A stretch of DNA of 64,000 nt from Candidatus Methanomethylophilaceae archaeon (GTDB lineage: Archaea > Thermoplasmatota > Thermoplasmata > Methanomassiliicoccales > Methanomethylophilaceae): contig JBMNHS010000001.1 in assembly GCA_050950505.1 (NCBI GenBank), forward strand, positions 576,001 to 640,000, written 5' to 3'. The position numbers and the translations under genes were made by a program. This document shows positions 1 through 9,676 of this stretch, in pieces. Each line of letters begins with the position of its first letter. Positions within the stretch are counted from its first letter, which is position 1. The notes under the pieces were generated by a model, which was not told where the DNA came from, did no database searches, and was given only the letters and a program-made list of their open reading frames with translations.

Positions 1-1
1 G

Positions 2-811
2 GGCGTCATACCCGGCCTGGGGGTAGTTTTGGTCGGAGAAGACCCGGCATCACAGACTTATGTGCGGATGAAGGGCAAGAAGTGCGAAGAACTCGGCATG
101 CGTTCCGAGACGATAATCCTGCCCGAAGCAACGACCCAGGCAGAATTGTTGGCAAAAGTCCGCGAACTCAACGACGATTCCGGAATCCACGGATTCCTCA
201 TACAGCTTCCTTTGCCGGATCACATAGACGAGCAAGCGGTGATTGACGCAATCGACCCGTCCAAAGACGTTGACTGTTTCCACCCCTCCAATGTAGGAAA
301 AGTCCTGATCGGAGATCCGGAATTCCTTCCGGCGACCCCTGCGGGGGTCCAACAGATGCTGATCAGATCCGGAGTGGAGACCGAAGGCAAACACGTGGTT
401 GTGGTGGGAAGAAGCAACATTGTCGGAAAGCCCATGGCGGCGATGATGGTTCAGAAGGCAAAAGGGGCGAACTCCACCGTAACCGTCGTGCATTCAAGGA
501 CAAAGAATATTGAATCATACACCCTTGAGGCAGATATACTGATTGTCGCAATCGGAAAAGCGGGATTCATAACCGAAGACATGGTCAAGGAAGGTGCCGT
601 GGTCATGGACGTGGGCACCAATCATATTCCTGACCCCTCCCGAAAGAGCGGAACCCGCCTGGTGGGAGACGTGGACTTTGAAAAAGTCAAAGAAAAAGCA
701 TCGGCTATTACCCCCGTTCCGGGCGGAGTCGGACCGATGACTATCTGTATGTTAATGGCAAACACCGTCCATGCGGCGGAAAAAGCCGAAAAAATGAGGT
801 ACAAACAATGA
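2..811 (+). CDS. folD: Bifunctional methylenetetrahydrofolate dehydrogenase/cyclohydrolase (5'-truncated by window edge)
   Basis: Motifs [29 protein letters not shown]; the frame is open to the window start ([14 protein letters not shown]). Confidence 0.96.
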   Translation, partial: GVIPGLGVVLVGEDPASQTYVRMKGKKCEELGMRSETIILPEATTQAELLAKVRELNDDSGIHGFLIQLPLPDHIDEQAVIDAIDPSKDVDCFHPSNVGKVLIGDPEFLPATPAGVQQMLIRSGVETEGKHVVVVGRSNIVGKPMAAMMVQKAKGANSTVTVVHSRTKNIESYTLEADILIVAIGKAGFITEDMVKEGAVVMDVGTNHIPDPSRKSGTRLVGDVDFEKVKEKASAITPVPGGVGPMTICMLMANTVHAAEKAEKMRYKQ

Positions 812-1500
812 TACGCGAGTGTGAGGAGCACGGATATTTCCGCGATAAGGAATGCCCGCTCTGCGGAGAAGAAGGCAAATTCATAATGAGTGATTTCGAA
901 GTGGAAAAACTCGGAAGGAGAATGGCCGCCGTACTGAGACACGGTAACGGAGATCCCGACATGGACGATCAGGGTTTCGTGGACATCAGGGACATAGTCT
1001 CCATGGTCAGAGGCAACGACCGCAACAAATGGAAGTGGCTGAGGCCTCACCACATAGAGGCCATGGTCGACACCGATCCGAAGGGAAGGTATCAGATTTC
1101 CGGTCCTGACGTAAGGGCGACTTACGGTCATACGATCGAATTGGATCTCAACCTTCCGGAAGATGACGTTCCCGACGAACTTTATTATCCTGCCACCGAC
1201 GAAGAAGTGGACATAATTTTGGAAACCGGATTGATGCCCACCGACAGAGCCATGGTTCACCTGTCCCTGACTTATGACGACGCGGTGACCGCAGGTTCCG
1301 TAAGAAGCGAATGCCCCCTCGTTCTGGCGATTGACGTTCAGGGTTGCGCGGATGAAGGATATCCTGTGGGAAAAGCCGCAAGAACGGTATTTTTGTGTGA
1401 GAGGGTCCCCGCATCCTGTCTGTCTTTGGCCGAAGAGCCGGAATATGATTATGACGACAATCATGACGACGACGACCCGGACGACGGAAGTGATGAATGA
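808..1500 (+). CDS. kptA: RNA 2'-phosphotransferase, Tpt1/KptA family
   Basis: N-terminal CxxHG..CPxC, VLRH, KGRYQ, RATYGH, VHLS motifs; acidic C-tail; ATGA overlap with folD. Confidence 0.88.
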   Translation: MIRECEEHGYFRDKECPLCGEEGKFIMSDFEVEKLGRRMAAVLRHGNGDPDMDDQGFVDIRDIVSMVRGNDRNKWKWLRPHHIEAMVDTDPKGRYQISGPDVRATYGHTIELDLNLPEDDVPDELYYPATDEEVDIILETGLMPTDRAMVHLSLTYDDAVTAGSVRSECPLVLAIDVQGCADEGYPVGKAARTVFLCERVPASCLSLAEEPEYDYDDNHDDDDPDDGSDE

Positions 1501-2450
1501 TGTCTCTGGTTCTTAAACCGGAAGAAATCAAAGAACGGTGCGGAGAACTTTTCTGCAAAGGATATTACACGATGGTGGATGAAGAAAACGGCATTGCGCA
1601 GATTATCGAAATGTGCATCGCCCGAGGTCCCGCCGAGTGGGATATAGTCAACCGCCGAAGAGCCGGCGGAATCATCACCAACATGGATCTTCAGGGTCAG
1701 ACTCTGATTATGGACACAATCATCGGAAAAAAGAAACTTGAATTCGGCCCTGTGTCGGAAGCCATGGGAGGTCAGGGATTGGAATCCCTGACGGTGGAAG
1801 GGGACAGAGTCCGCACGGTCTGGAAAGGACTGGCGGGGGCATCCGTCGGAGTCGGAGCCTGCATACCCCAGTGCAAAGACGTCATAGAAACCAGATATCC
1901 CGACGGTTTCAAAGTCGGAGGGGCCCACGAGGTCACCGCCGAAATCGTGACTCCGAAGATGGTGAGGCTGGTCATCGGAATCGACGATACGGACACCAAA
2001 GAGGAAGGGGCCACATGGGTGGTCGGCATGAAATTGGGAAGGGAATGTCCTTACGGAAAATTCCTGGGCCACAAGATTGCCCAGCTCAATCCCAAAGTTC
2101 CGAACAAAACCACGAATTGCTGTTCCACCGCCGTGGCTTTTGCCGTGACCGAGGAAGAAATTCCCAAACTTATAGAATTCGCGACGGATTTCATCAGAAA
2201 AGAATCCTATTCCGAGGATGCGGTAATGACCGTTTTCCGGGGCTTGAAGATACCCGATGCCGTGGAAGATTTCGGTTGGAGCGCAAAATCCGTCATTTAC
2301 GAAAAAGAAGACGCAATAAGAATTGCCGAGGAAAACGGAATCCAGATTATTTCCGTCACGGGGATGGGCGGAGTGATCGGCGCCGTTGCGGCGATAGGGT
2401 GTTTTGATTTAGGTCTGCGTTCCGCAGGGGTTCCTGAAGATTTTGAGTGA
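1497..2450 (+). CDS. Methanogenesis marker protein 11 (TiaS-like GIDDTD domain)
   Basis: GLAGASVG, IGIDDTD, QLNP..P.KT.NC motifs typical of marker 11. Confidence 0.8.
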   Translation: MMSLVLKPEEIKERCGELFCKGYYTMVDEENGIAQIIEMCIARGPAEWDIVNRRRAGGIITNMDLQGQTLIMDTIIGKKKLEFGPVSEAMGGQGLESLTVEGDRVRTVWKGLAGASVGVGACIPQCKDVIETRYPDGFKVGGAHEVTAEIVTPKMVRLVIGIDDTDTKEEGATWVVGMKLGRECPYGKFLGHKIAQLNPKVPNKTTNCCSTAVAFAVTEEEIPKLIEFATDFIRKESYSEDAVMTVFRGLKIPDAVEDFGWSAKSVIYEKEDAIRIAEENGIQIISVTGMGGVIGAVAAIGCFDLGLRSAGVPEDFE

Positions 2451-2455
2451 TAAAT

Positions 2456-3232
2456 ATGCCTATTTCCGATCTTCTTACCAACAGGGCATACTCGACATAC
2501 GAGTCCAAACTGAGGAAGGAAGTTTTGGAAAATCCTGTTCCGGAGCATATAGCCATAATAATGGACGGCAACAGAAGATTCGCCGAAGAAAGAGGCGAGG
2601 AAAAGGAAGAGGGGCACCGTCTCGGCAGTGAAAAACTGGAAGAGGTTCTCGAGTGGTGCGTCGAAGACGGAATCAAAATACTGACCGTTTACGCCTTCTC
2701 CGTTGAAAACTTCAACCGGGACACAAACGAAGTGGATTACCTGATGGAGCTGCTTGAAGAATCGCTGATGCGGTTCGCGGACAACGAAACCATTCATGAG
2801 AAAAAAGTGGCCATAAACATTCTCGGTGATGTTTCCATGTTGCCGGACAATGTGAAAAGGGCAATTGATTACGCTTACGAAAGAACTGAAAATTACAACG
2901 ATTACCAACTCAACCTGGCCGTCGCGTACGGAGGGAGGCAGGAAATCACCGCCGCTGTGAAAAGAGTCTCGCAGAAAGTGTTGAACGGAGAATTGGATCC
3001 GGAAGACATAGACGAAGAAATCATTTCAAAACACATGTATACCTCGGACATTCCCGATCCGGATCTGGTTCTGAGGACTTCGGGAGAAGTGAGAATCTCC
3101 AATTTCCTGCTGTGGCAACTGGCATATTCGGAATTGTACTTCACGGATGTGTACTGGCCGGGATTCAGGCACATCGATTTTCTCAGGGCGATCAGAACGT
3201 TCCAACAGCGCGGAAGACGTTACGGGAGATAA
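2456..3232 (+). CDS. uppS: cis-prenyltransferase (undecaprenyl diphosphate synthase family)
   Basis: HIAIIMDGNRR, AFSVENFNR, RTSGEVRISNFLLWQ. Confidence 0.95.
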   Translation: MPISDLLTNRAYSTYESKLRKEVLENPVPEHIAIIMDGNRRFAEERGEEKEEGHRLGSEKLEEVLEWCVEDGIKILTVYAFSVENFNRDTNEVDYLMELLEESLMRFADNETIHEKKVAINILGDVSMLPDNVKRAIDYAYERTENYNDYQLNLAVAYGGRQEITAAVKRVSQKVLNGELDPEDIDEEIISKHMYTSDIPDPDLVLRTSGEVRISNFLLWQLAYSELYFTDVYWPGFRHIDFLRAIRTFQQRGRRYGR

Positions 3233-3235
3233 AGG

Positions 3236-4963
3236 ATGTTCGGTTACGATGCAGTGTTCATACACGCGCCCAGCGTGTATGATTTCAGGAAAAAACCAAT
3301 ATTTTACGGACCCATCAGCGATGTGATACCTTCTTCGCCGGTGTTTGAAATGTATCCCATAGGGTTCATGACCCTGAGTGCGCATCTCCAGCACGCCGGA
3401 TACAGAACCAAGATAGTAAACATGGCCGTCCGTATGCTGATGAGCGAGAAATACGACGTGGAAAAAGTCATCAGAAAAACGGATTCCAAAGTCTTCTTCA
3501 TCGATCTTCACTGGATGCCCCATGCCCACGGCGCATTGGAAATAGCCAAAATCGTAAAAAAATATCACCCTGAATCCAAGGTGGAGCTGGGAGGATTCAC
3601 TTCGTCTTACTTCTGGGAAGAATTGATTCAACGCCCTGAAGTCGACTTTGTCATGCGGGGCGATTCGACGGAAGTCCCTACGGTAAAACTCATGGAAGTC
3701 CTGGAAAAAGAAGGAGACCTCTCCGAGGTTCCGAATCTCATCTGGAAGGACAAGGACGGCAGAGTGCACAACAACGGTGTGACACATGTGCCCGAGACTT
3801 TGGACGATATAATGATCGACTATGGGACTATGATCAAAACCGTCATGAAAACCATGGATGTGAAGAGCGCGCTTCCATGGGCCGGCTGGGACAAAGACCC
3901 GCTGACCATGGCCCTCTCCGTGAGGGGATGTTCCCTGAACTGCACGGAATGCGGAGGTTCCAATTTTGCCAACGAGAAGGTCGTATGCAGAAAGAAACCC
4001 GCTTTCAGGAGTCCGGAAAAACTTGCCGAAGACATCGAATCCATCCAGAGTTACATGAAAGCCCCGGTGTTCGTCGTCGGAGACATAAGGCAACCCGGCA
4101 GCAAATACGCCGAAACATTCCTGAAATCCGTCAAAGAACGGGGGATAGACAACCACGTCGTATTGGAGCTTTTTTACGGCGCGGGCGAAGAATTCTTCAG
4201 ATCCGTCAACAATTCATTCGAAGGCGGTTACACCATAGAGTTCTCTCCGGATTCCCATGACGAAAGCGTCCGAGGACCTCTCGGAAAAGGATATTCCAAC
4301 GAAGAAGTGGAGCGGACGATTCAAAACGCATTCGGCGAAGGATGTTCCAGAATGGATTTGTTTTACATGACCGGACTGCCGTTCCAAACAAAGGAATCTG
4401 CAATCGACAGCGCAAAAGCCTCAAAGAAGCTTTGGTCCCTTGTTGACAAAGACGATCCGCTGTACATTTACAATTCACCCTTTTCTCCTTTCGTGGATCC
4501 CGGAAGCAAGGCCTTCGAGAATCCGGAAAAATGGGGTTACACGTTTTTCGCAAGAACCCTCGAAGAGCACCGCAGACTTTTGGACAGTCCGTCCTGGAAA
4601 CTGACTCTGTCTTACGAAACGGATCTGATGACCCGTGACGATATCGCTGAAGTTTCCTATGATGCGGCGAATGTTCTCGCCCGTTCCGAACACGAAGCGG
4701 GACGGATATCCGAATCAAACATGAACAACCGCATAGAAAGAACCGAAACCGCAAGATCCATCATGCACGAAGTTGACAGAATAATGACCGTTGCCGACGA
4801 GGAAGAACGGGAAAGACAACTTTGGGGGATTAAAGAGAAAGGGATGGAGATGATGAACTCCACCATAGCGGAAAAAGACGACCTGGTATGGAAATCCCGT
4901 TCAATTTGGGCCAATTCCCCGAGAATGCTCAAAGGTCTTCTTTTCCCGGTAAAGCGTTCCTGA
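3236..4963 (+). CDS. B12-binding domain / radical SAM protein (Ta0216-like)
   Basis: N-terminal cobalamin-binding region (YPIGF, LHW, LGG, MRGD) followed by CxxxCxxC (RGCSLNCTECGG). Confidence 0.82.
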   Translation: MFGYDAVFIHAPSVYDFRKKPIFYGPISDVIPSSPVFEMYPIGFMTLSAHLQHAGYRTKIVNMAVRMLMSEKYDVEKVIRKTDSKVFFIDLHWMPHAHGALEIAKIVKKYHPESKVELGGFTSSYFWEELIQRPEVDFVMRGDSTEVPTVKLMEVLEKEGDLSEVPNLIWKDKDGRVHNNGVTHVPETLDDIMIDYGTMIKTVMKTMDVKSALPWAGWDKDPLTMALSVRGCSLNCTECGGSNFANEKVVCRKKPAFRSPEKLAEDIESIQSYMKAPVFVVGDIRQPGSKYAETFLKSVKERGIDNHVVLELFYGAGEEFFRSVNNSFEGGYTIEFSPDSHDESVRGPLGKGYSNEEVERTIQNAFGEGCSRMDLFYMTGLPFQTKESAIDSAKASKKLWSLVDKDDPLYIYNSPFSPFVDPGSKAFENPEKWGYTFFARTLEEHRRLLDSPSWKLTLSYETDLMTRDDIAEVSYDAANVLARSEHEAGRISESNMNNRIERTETARSIMHEVDRIMTVADEEERERQLWGIKEKGMEMMNSTIAEKDDLVWKSRSIWANSPRMLKGLLFPVKRS

Positions 4964-5006
4964 TTCCCATATTACCTTCACATTCGCGCGCGTATATACG
5001 GGAACC

Positions 5007-5813
5007 TTATTCTTCGGACATTTCCACCGAACGTTCTATGCTAGCCTTCACGGCGGCGATGATGATGTTCTTCAGTCCGGATTCTTCCAGGACTTTCACT
5101 CCCTCAATGGTTGTTCCTCCCGGAGAACATACGTTATCGACGAGTTCCTCCGGAGTCATGTCGGTGTTCAGAATCATGCTGGCGGCCCCCAGCATGGATT
5201 GTGCGGATAATTTCAAGGCCTTTTTCCTGGGCATTCCGTACATCTGTCCGACATCCGCCATGGCGTCAAGTATCATGTACATGAAAGCCGGGGAACTTCC
5301 GGACAATCCCGTCACGGCGTCAAGATCCTCTTCCCCCACTTCAACGGCCAATCCCGAAGAATCGAGAATTGCTCTGACTTTTTCCAAGTCTTCTTCGGTC
5401 ACTCCCGGTCCTTTCGAATAACCCGCGGCTCCTGCTCCGACAAGGCAGCAATGATTGGGCATAACTCGCACTATTTTAGCATCTGGCACATAGCCTTGTA
5501 AAGTGGCTATTTTAACCCCTGCAACTATGCTAAGAACGAGATGGGAGGCTCCCAATTCAAGTCCTTCTTCGGTAAAAAGCGAGTCAACCTGCACAGGTTT
5601 TACGCCCAAAACGAGAAAATCGGTCAATTTTGCCACTTCGGCGGCGGATTCGTACATTTTTATCCCGAATTCCGAAGATATCCTGTTCCGGGTGCTCTCG
5701 CTCGGAGCGCAACCTATAATTTCGTCTTTGCCGTAAAGATCGTCGGACAGTATGCCTCCGATAATCGCGGAGGCCATCCTTCCCGTTCCGATGAAACCGA
5801 TTCTGATGCTCAT
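5007..5813 (-). CDS. proC: Pyrroline-5-carboxylate reductase
   Basis: GFIGTGRMA, GVKP, RVMPN, GSSPA, VCSPGGTT. Confidence 0.96.
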   Translation of the reverse strand: MSIRIGFIGTGRMASAIIGGILSDDLYGKDEIIGCAPSESTRNRISSEFGIKMYESAAEVAKLTDFLVLGVKPVQVDSLFTEEGLELGASHLVLSIVAGVKIATLQGYVPDAKIVRVMPNHCCLVGAGAAGYSKGPGVTEEDLEKVRAILDSSGLAVEVGEEDLDAVTGLSGSSPAFMYMILDAMADVGQMYGMPRKKALKLSAQSMLGAASMILNTDMTPEELVDNVCSPGGTTIEGVKVLEESGLKNIIIAAVKASIERSVEMSEE

Positions 5814-5902
5814 GAAACGCAAGAGTTCCGTGACCTAATAATAACTTGTTCCAGCGCATGCGTAATCAACGCGCGCGTACTCACGAAAAAACTGACTCAA
5901 TT

Positions 5903-5912
5903 GTTATATACT
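5903..5912 (+). promoter_or_regulatory. Putative TATA box of the fpo operon
   Basis: gttatatact about 25-30 nt upstream of ATG 5935, consistent with a near-leaderless archaeal transcript. Confidence 0.5.
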
Positions 5913-5934
5913 TTCAAGACTTGGCAAATTGTCA

Positions 5935-6297
5935 ATGTCACTGATACTAGAATACTCTCCGCTGATGGTGCTCGCCATCATCTGTCTCGGATTTGCGCCT
6001 TTGGCGTGGTTTGTATCTAGGTTTATCAGACCAACGAAAACGACGACGTGGATGGAGACGACCTACGAGTGTGGGTCAGAACCTATAGGGGATGCACATG
6101 TCCAATTCAGGTTCCAGCACTATGCATTTGCAATAATTTTCGTGGTCTTTGACCTGGTAGCGACCTTCCTGATGGTATGGACCCTGGGATTCTCGGGTCT
6201 TTCATTAGCCGCTAAAACGTGGATGATGATTTTCCTGATGGTAATGATCCTCGGACTGTGCTATGCACTGAAAAAGGAGGAAAAAATATGGATATGA
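5935..6297 (+). CDS. fpoA: Fpo/complex I-like subunit A
   Basis: YECGSEP motif, three hydrophobic segments; first gene of the operon. Confidence 0.92.
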   Translation: MSLILEYSPLMVLAIICLGFAPLAWFVSRFIRPTKTTTWMETTYECGSEPIGDAHVQFRFQHYAFAIIFVVFDLVATFLMVWTLGFSGLSLAAKTWMMIFLMVMILGLCYALKKEEKIWI

Positions 6298-6851
6298 GTT
6301 TGTACCCGCACGCCATCGCGATGAGTGCGGACGAATTTATGGACTGGTCCACTGCAGTCATCAACGATTTGTTGAGCGCAGGGACAAAGAAAACCGTAGA
6401 CAAACTTACCGGTCCCGTTTGGACCTGGGCAATGAAAAACTCAATGCACCCTCTGCACTGGGGATTGGCCTGCTGCGCTCTGGAAATGGCCGCGGCTTCC
6501 GCACCCAGGCATGATGCCGAGCGTTTGGGAATCATTTACAGATCTTCCCCCAGGCAGACCGATATCCTCCTGCTCAACGGATGGATCGGAAAGAAAGTAC
6601 GTCCGAGCATCAGACGTCTTTACGAACAGATGCCGAATCCCAAATGGGTTATCGCCATGGGCGAATGCGCCATCTCCGGCGGTCCGTGGTATGATTCATA
6701 CAACTGCGTGCAGGGCGGGGACCAGATTGTTCCCGTGGATATATTCATCCCCGGATGTCCGGTCAAGCCTGACGCAATGATTGACGGATTTATGCTCCTG
6801 CAGAACAAGATTGGAGATTACTTCAACAGAGGCGTTTTCATGGAGGACTGA
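6288..6851 (+). CDS. fpoB: Fpo/complex I-like subunit B
   Basis: GLACCALE, SSPRQTD, MGECAISGG, IPGCP; GGAGG RBS. Confidence 0.94.
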   Translation: MDMSLYPHAIAMSADEFMDWSTAVINDLLSAGTKKTVDKLTGPVWTWAMKNSMHPLHWGLACCALEMAAASAPRHDAERLGIIYRSSPRQTDILLLNGWIGKKVRPSIRRLYEQMPNPKWVIAMGECAISGGPWYDSYNCVQGGDQIVPVDIFIPGCPVKPDAMIDGFMLLQNKIGDYFNRGVFMED

Positions 6852-6853
6852 GA

Positions 6854-7330
6854 ATGGATACCGAAGCCGTATATCAAAAACCTACGACCGGTGAAATCAA
6901 AACCCTCCTTGAGTCCAAATTCAAAGGAAACGTAACCGTTAAGCACACAGAGGACGACAGGGTTCTGGCCGATGTCGCGGATAAAAACGCAATTTTTGAA
7001 ATCTGCAATTACATCAGCGAGAATCTGACCTTCGAGCATTGCTCGATTGTCATGGGTTTGGACATGGTTGAACACATGGAAGTCATTTATGTTCTGACCA
7101 ACTATTACACCGGCCTCTGCATCGAGCTCACCGCCAAATTGCCCTTGGACGATCTTCACATACCGTCCGTCGCCCTGGTTTGGGAAGGAGCGAACTGGCA
7201 CGAGAGAGAAACTTACGAATTGTTCGGAATAATATTTGACGGTCACCCCAAGCTCAAGAGGCTGTTGACTCCGGACACTTACAATTTCTATCCGTTCAGG
7301 AAATCTTACAAGTTAAGGGGGCAAGAGTGA
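6854..7330 (+). CDS. fpoC: Fpo/complex I-like subunit C
   Basis: ANWHERETYELFGIIFDGHP, PFRK. Confidence 0.94.
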   Translation: MDTEAVYQKPTTGEIKTLLESKFKGNVTVKHTEDDRVLADVADKNAIFEICNYISENLTFEHCSIVMGLDMVEHMEVIYVLTNYYTGLCIELTAKLPLDDLHIPSVALVWEGANWHERETYELFGIIFDGHPKLKRLLTPDTYNFYPFRKSYKLRGQE

Positions 7331-8496
7331 TGGTAGTCGAAAACACAATCGATACTTTTGATGCACCTCCGGAAGAAAGAATGGGCAAAGAAAGGTTTGA
7401 AACGGACCAGATGTGGATATACATGGGTCCCCAGCACCCCTTCTCCCATGGACTTTGGACTTTGAAAATCAAAGTCGACGGAGAGATAGTCACCGACGCC
7501 GAACCCGTTATAGGGTATCTGCACCGCGGTTGGGAGAAGGAAGCCGAAAACAGGACTTATCCAAAGATAATTCCCATGGCCGACCGTCTCTGTTATTCCG
7601 CGTCGATGACTTACACACACCTTTACTGCAGAACTGTTGAGAAAGCCCTCGGTGTCGAGATACCCGAGAAAGCCGATTACATAAGAGTAGTGGCCGATGA
7701 AATCTGCCGTATCCAATCCCATCTGATGTGGTTGGCGGCAATGGGTACCGATCTCGGTAACCTTACGATTTTCCTATGGGCCATGAGAGAGAGGGAATAT
7801 TGGCTCGATCTCAACGTAAGGCTCTGCGGTCAGAGAATGACAACCAACTATACACGTATAGGGGGAGTCAGAAACGATACGACGGACCTGTTCGACAGAG
7901 ACGTGATCAGAGTCACCGAGCTTTTTGAAAAGAGACTTTGGGACATCATCGACATGATTGATGACAGTTCCATTTACGTTTCAAGAATGAAAGGCGTCGG
8001 TTACCTTTCCCGTGAACAGTGTGCGAACCTCGGTCTGACCGGTCCTGCCATGAGAGGCTGCGGACTGGACTTCGATTTGCGCCGTGACGTGCCTTACAGC
8101 AAATACGGCGAAATGGATTTCGAAGTTCCTGTTCTGCAGGACGGAGACGCATATGCCAGATACAGGGTGAGAATCGAAGAACTGTTCCAGTCCTGTGAAA
8201 TCATAAAACAGGCGATGCGCAAAATCAAAGCCCTCGGAAAGAATGCACCTTACAGGGTAAAGGTACCCTCTAAAGTCCCTGCGGGAAGAACCTTCTGCAA
8301 ATTGGAAGATCCCCGTGGAGAATCCATGATGTACCTGGTATCCGACGGAACCGACAAACCTTACAGGTTGAAAGTCCGCGCACCCCTTTTCACGAACCTC
8401 AGCGCCTCCAGGCCCATGGTTCAGGGATGCAGGGTTGCGGACGTACCGGTCGTGATGGCTATGATAGATGTCTGCATGGGAGAATCCGACAGGTGA
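7327..8496 (+). CDS. fpoD: Fpo/complex I-like subunit D
   Basis: GPQHP, GYLHRG.EK, DRLCY, PRGE, C-terminal GESDR; lacks complete NiFe CxxC pairs. Confidence 0.94.
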   Translation: MMVVENTIDTFDAPPEERMGKERFETDQMWIYMGPQHPFSHGLWTLKIKVDGEIVTDAEPVIGYLHRGWEKEAENRTYPKIIPMADRLCYSASMTYTHLYCRTVEKALGVEIPEKADYIRVVADEICRIQSHLMWLAAMGTDLGNLTIFLWAMREREYWLDLNVRLCGQRMTTNYTRIGGVRNDTTDLFDRDVIRVTELFEKRLWDIIDMIDDSSIYVSRMKGVGYLSREQCANLGLTGPAMRGCGLDFDLRRDVPYSKYGEMDFEVPVLQDGDAYARYRVRIEELFQSCEIIKQAMRKIKALGKNAPYRVKVPSKVPAGRTFCKLEDPRGESMMYLVSDGTDKPYRLKVRAPLFTNLSASRPMVQGCRVADVPVVMAMIDVCMGESDR

Positions 8497-8500
8497 TATT

Positions 8501-9676
8501 ATGGCGTTGAATGATTGGATCAATTATGCCGATTACAGCGATTTGCAGAATTTCGCTTATTACCCCTACGAGACCCACAACATAGTCTACGAGATCGGAT
8601 ACAATCTGTATCAGTTTCTCGGAGGATTGGTTGCCTGGCTCATAGATGTGATATTCCCCGGCAACGGACTGTCCACCTGGCTTATGTCCGGACCCGTTGT
8701 CAATCTGTTTGCCGTAATTATTGTGGCACTTCTGATTTTCTTGATAATATTCACAGGTGTGTTGGTATCACTGTGGCAAGAACGTAAGACGCTGGGAAGG
8801 TTCATGGACAGAAGAGGAACCCAGATTGGTTTGAAAGGGTTCCTTCAGTGTGTCGCCGACGGTTTCAAGACCTTCATGAAGGAAAACACCGTACCCAAGA
8901 AAGTTGACCACATGGCTTACATGTGGACTCTGTCTCTTGTAATCGGTACGTCGGTTCTTGTCGCATGCATGCTGCCTTTGTCCGATAGGTTCTTCATAGT
9001 CAATTATGACTCAGGATTCCTTATTGTGATGGCGATTTACGCACTTGCACCGCTGTTTATTCTCGTGTCCGGTTGGGCGCAGAACAACAAATACTCTCTT
9101 ATCGGAGGTATGAGGGCGGCGCAGTCAATGATATCTTACGAAATACCCATGTTGATCACTGTTTGTGCCGTTGCGATTCTAGCAGGCACGTTCAACATAG
9201 GCGGCGTCGTTGCCGCACAGCACGAATCCACCTGGTTCATCATTCCGTTGTTCCTGGGATTCCTTGTGTTCTTCACATGTTCCTGTGCGGAAGCTGAACG
9301 TACACCCTTTGACCTCGCCGAGTCCGAATCGGAACTCGTTGAGGGTTGGCAGACCGAATACGCAGGTATGAAATGGGGTCTGATCATGCTCGGAGACTAC
9401 CTCAGAGGTTTCGCATCCTGTGCGATGATATCTCTGTTGTTCCTTGGAGGATGGAACATCGCTCCTTTTGTCCCCGACAACATCAACGCCATATTGCCTG
9501 AGGCCGTCCAGCTGCTTAAGGGATGGTTTGTCTTCTTCCTCATGATCTGGGTCAGAGCCGCTCTGCCCCGTGTCAGGATCGACCAGATCCTCAATCTCGG
9601 ATGGAAGGTGCTCACACCCTTGGCAATTGTCAATCTGGGCATTGCCGTGGTTCTTAAGATGGGAGGGTTCTTCTGA
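8501..9676 (+). CDS. fpoH: Fpo/complex I-like subunit H
   Basis: ERK..GRF, KYSLIGGMRAAQ.ISYE, ERTPFDLAESESELVEG, PRVRIDQ. Confidence 0.94.
   Translation: MALNDWINYADYSDLQNFAYYPYETHNIVYEIGYNLYQFLGGLVAWLIDVIFPGNGLSTWLMSGPVVNLFAVIIVALLIFLIIFTGVLVSLWQERKTLGRFMDRRGTQIGLKGFLQCVADGFKTFMKENTVPKKVDHMAYMWTLSLVIGTSVLVACMLPLSDRFFIVNYDSGFLIVMAIYALAPLFILVSGWAQNNKYSLIGGMRAAQSMISYEIPMLITVCAVAILAGTFNIGGVVAAQHESTWFIIPLFLGFLVFFTCSCAEAERTPFDLAESESELVEGWQTEYAGMKWGLIMLGDYLRGFASCAMISLLFLGGWNIAPFVPDNINAILPEAVQLLKGWFVFFLMIWVRAALPRVRIDQILNLGWKVLTPLAIVNLGIAVVLKMGGFF

Noticed and set aside
7327-8496. FpoD as a NiFe hydrogenase large subunit
   Set aside because: The second Cys of both CxxC motifs is absent (RLCYSA; DVCMGE)
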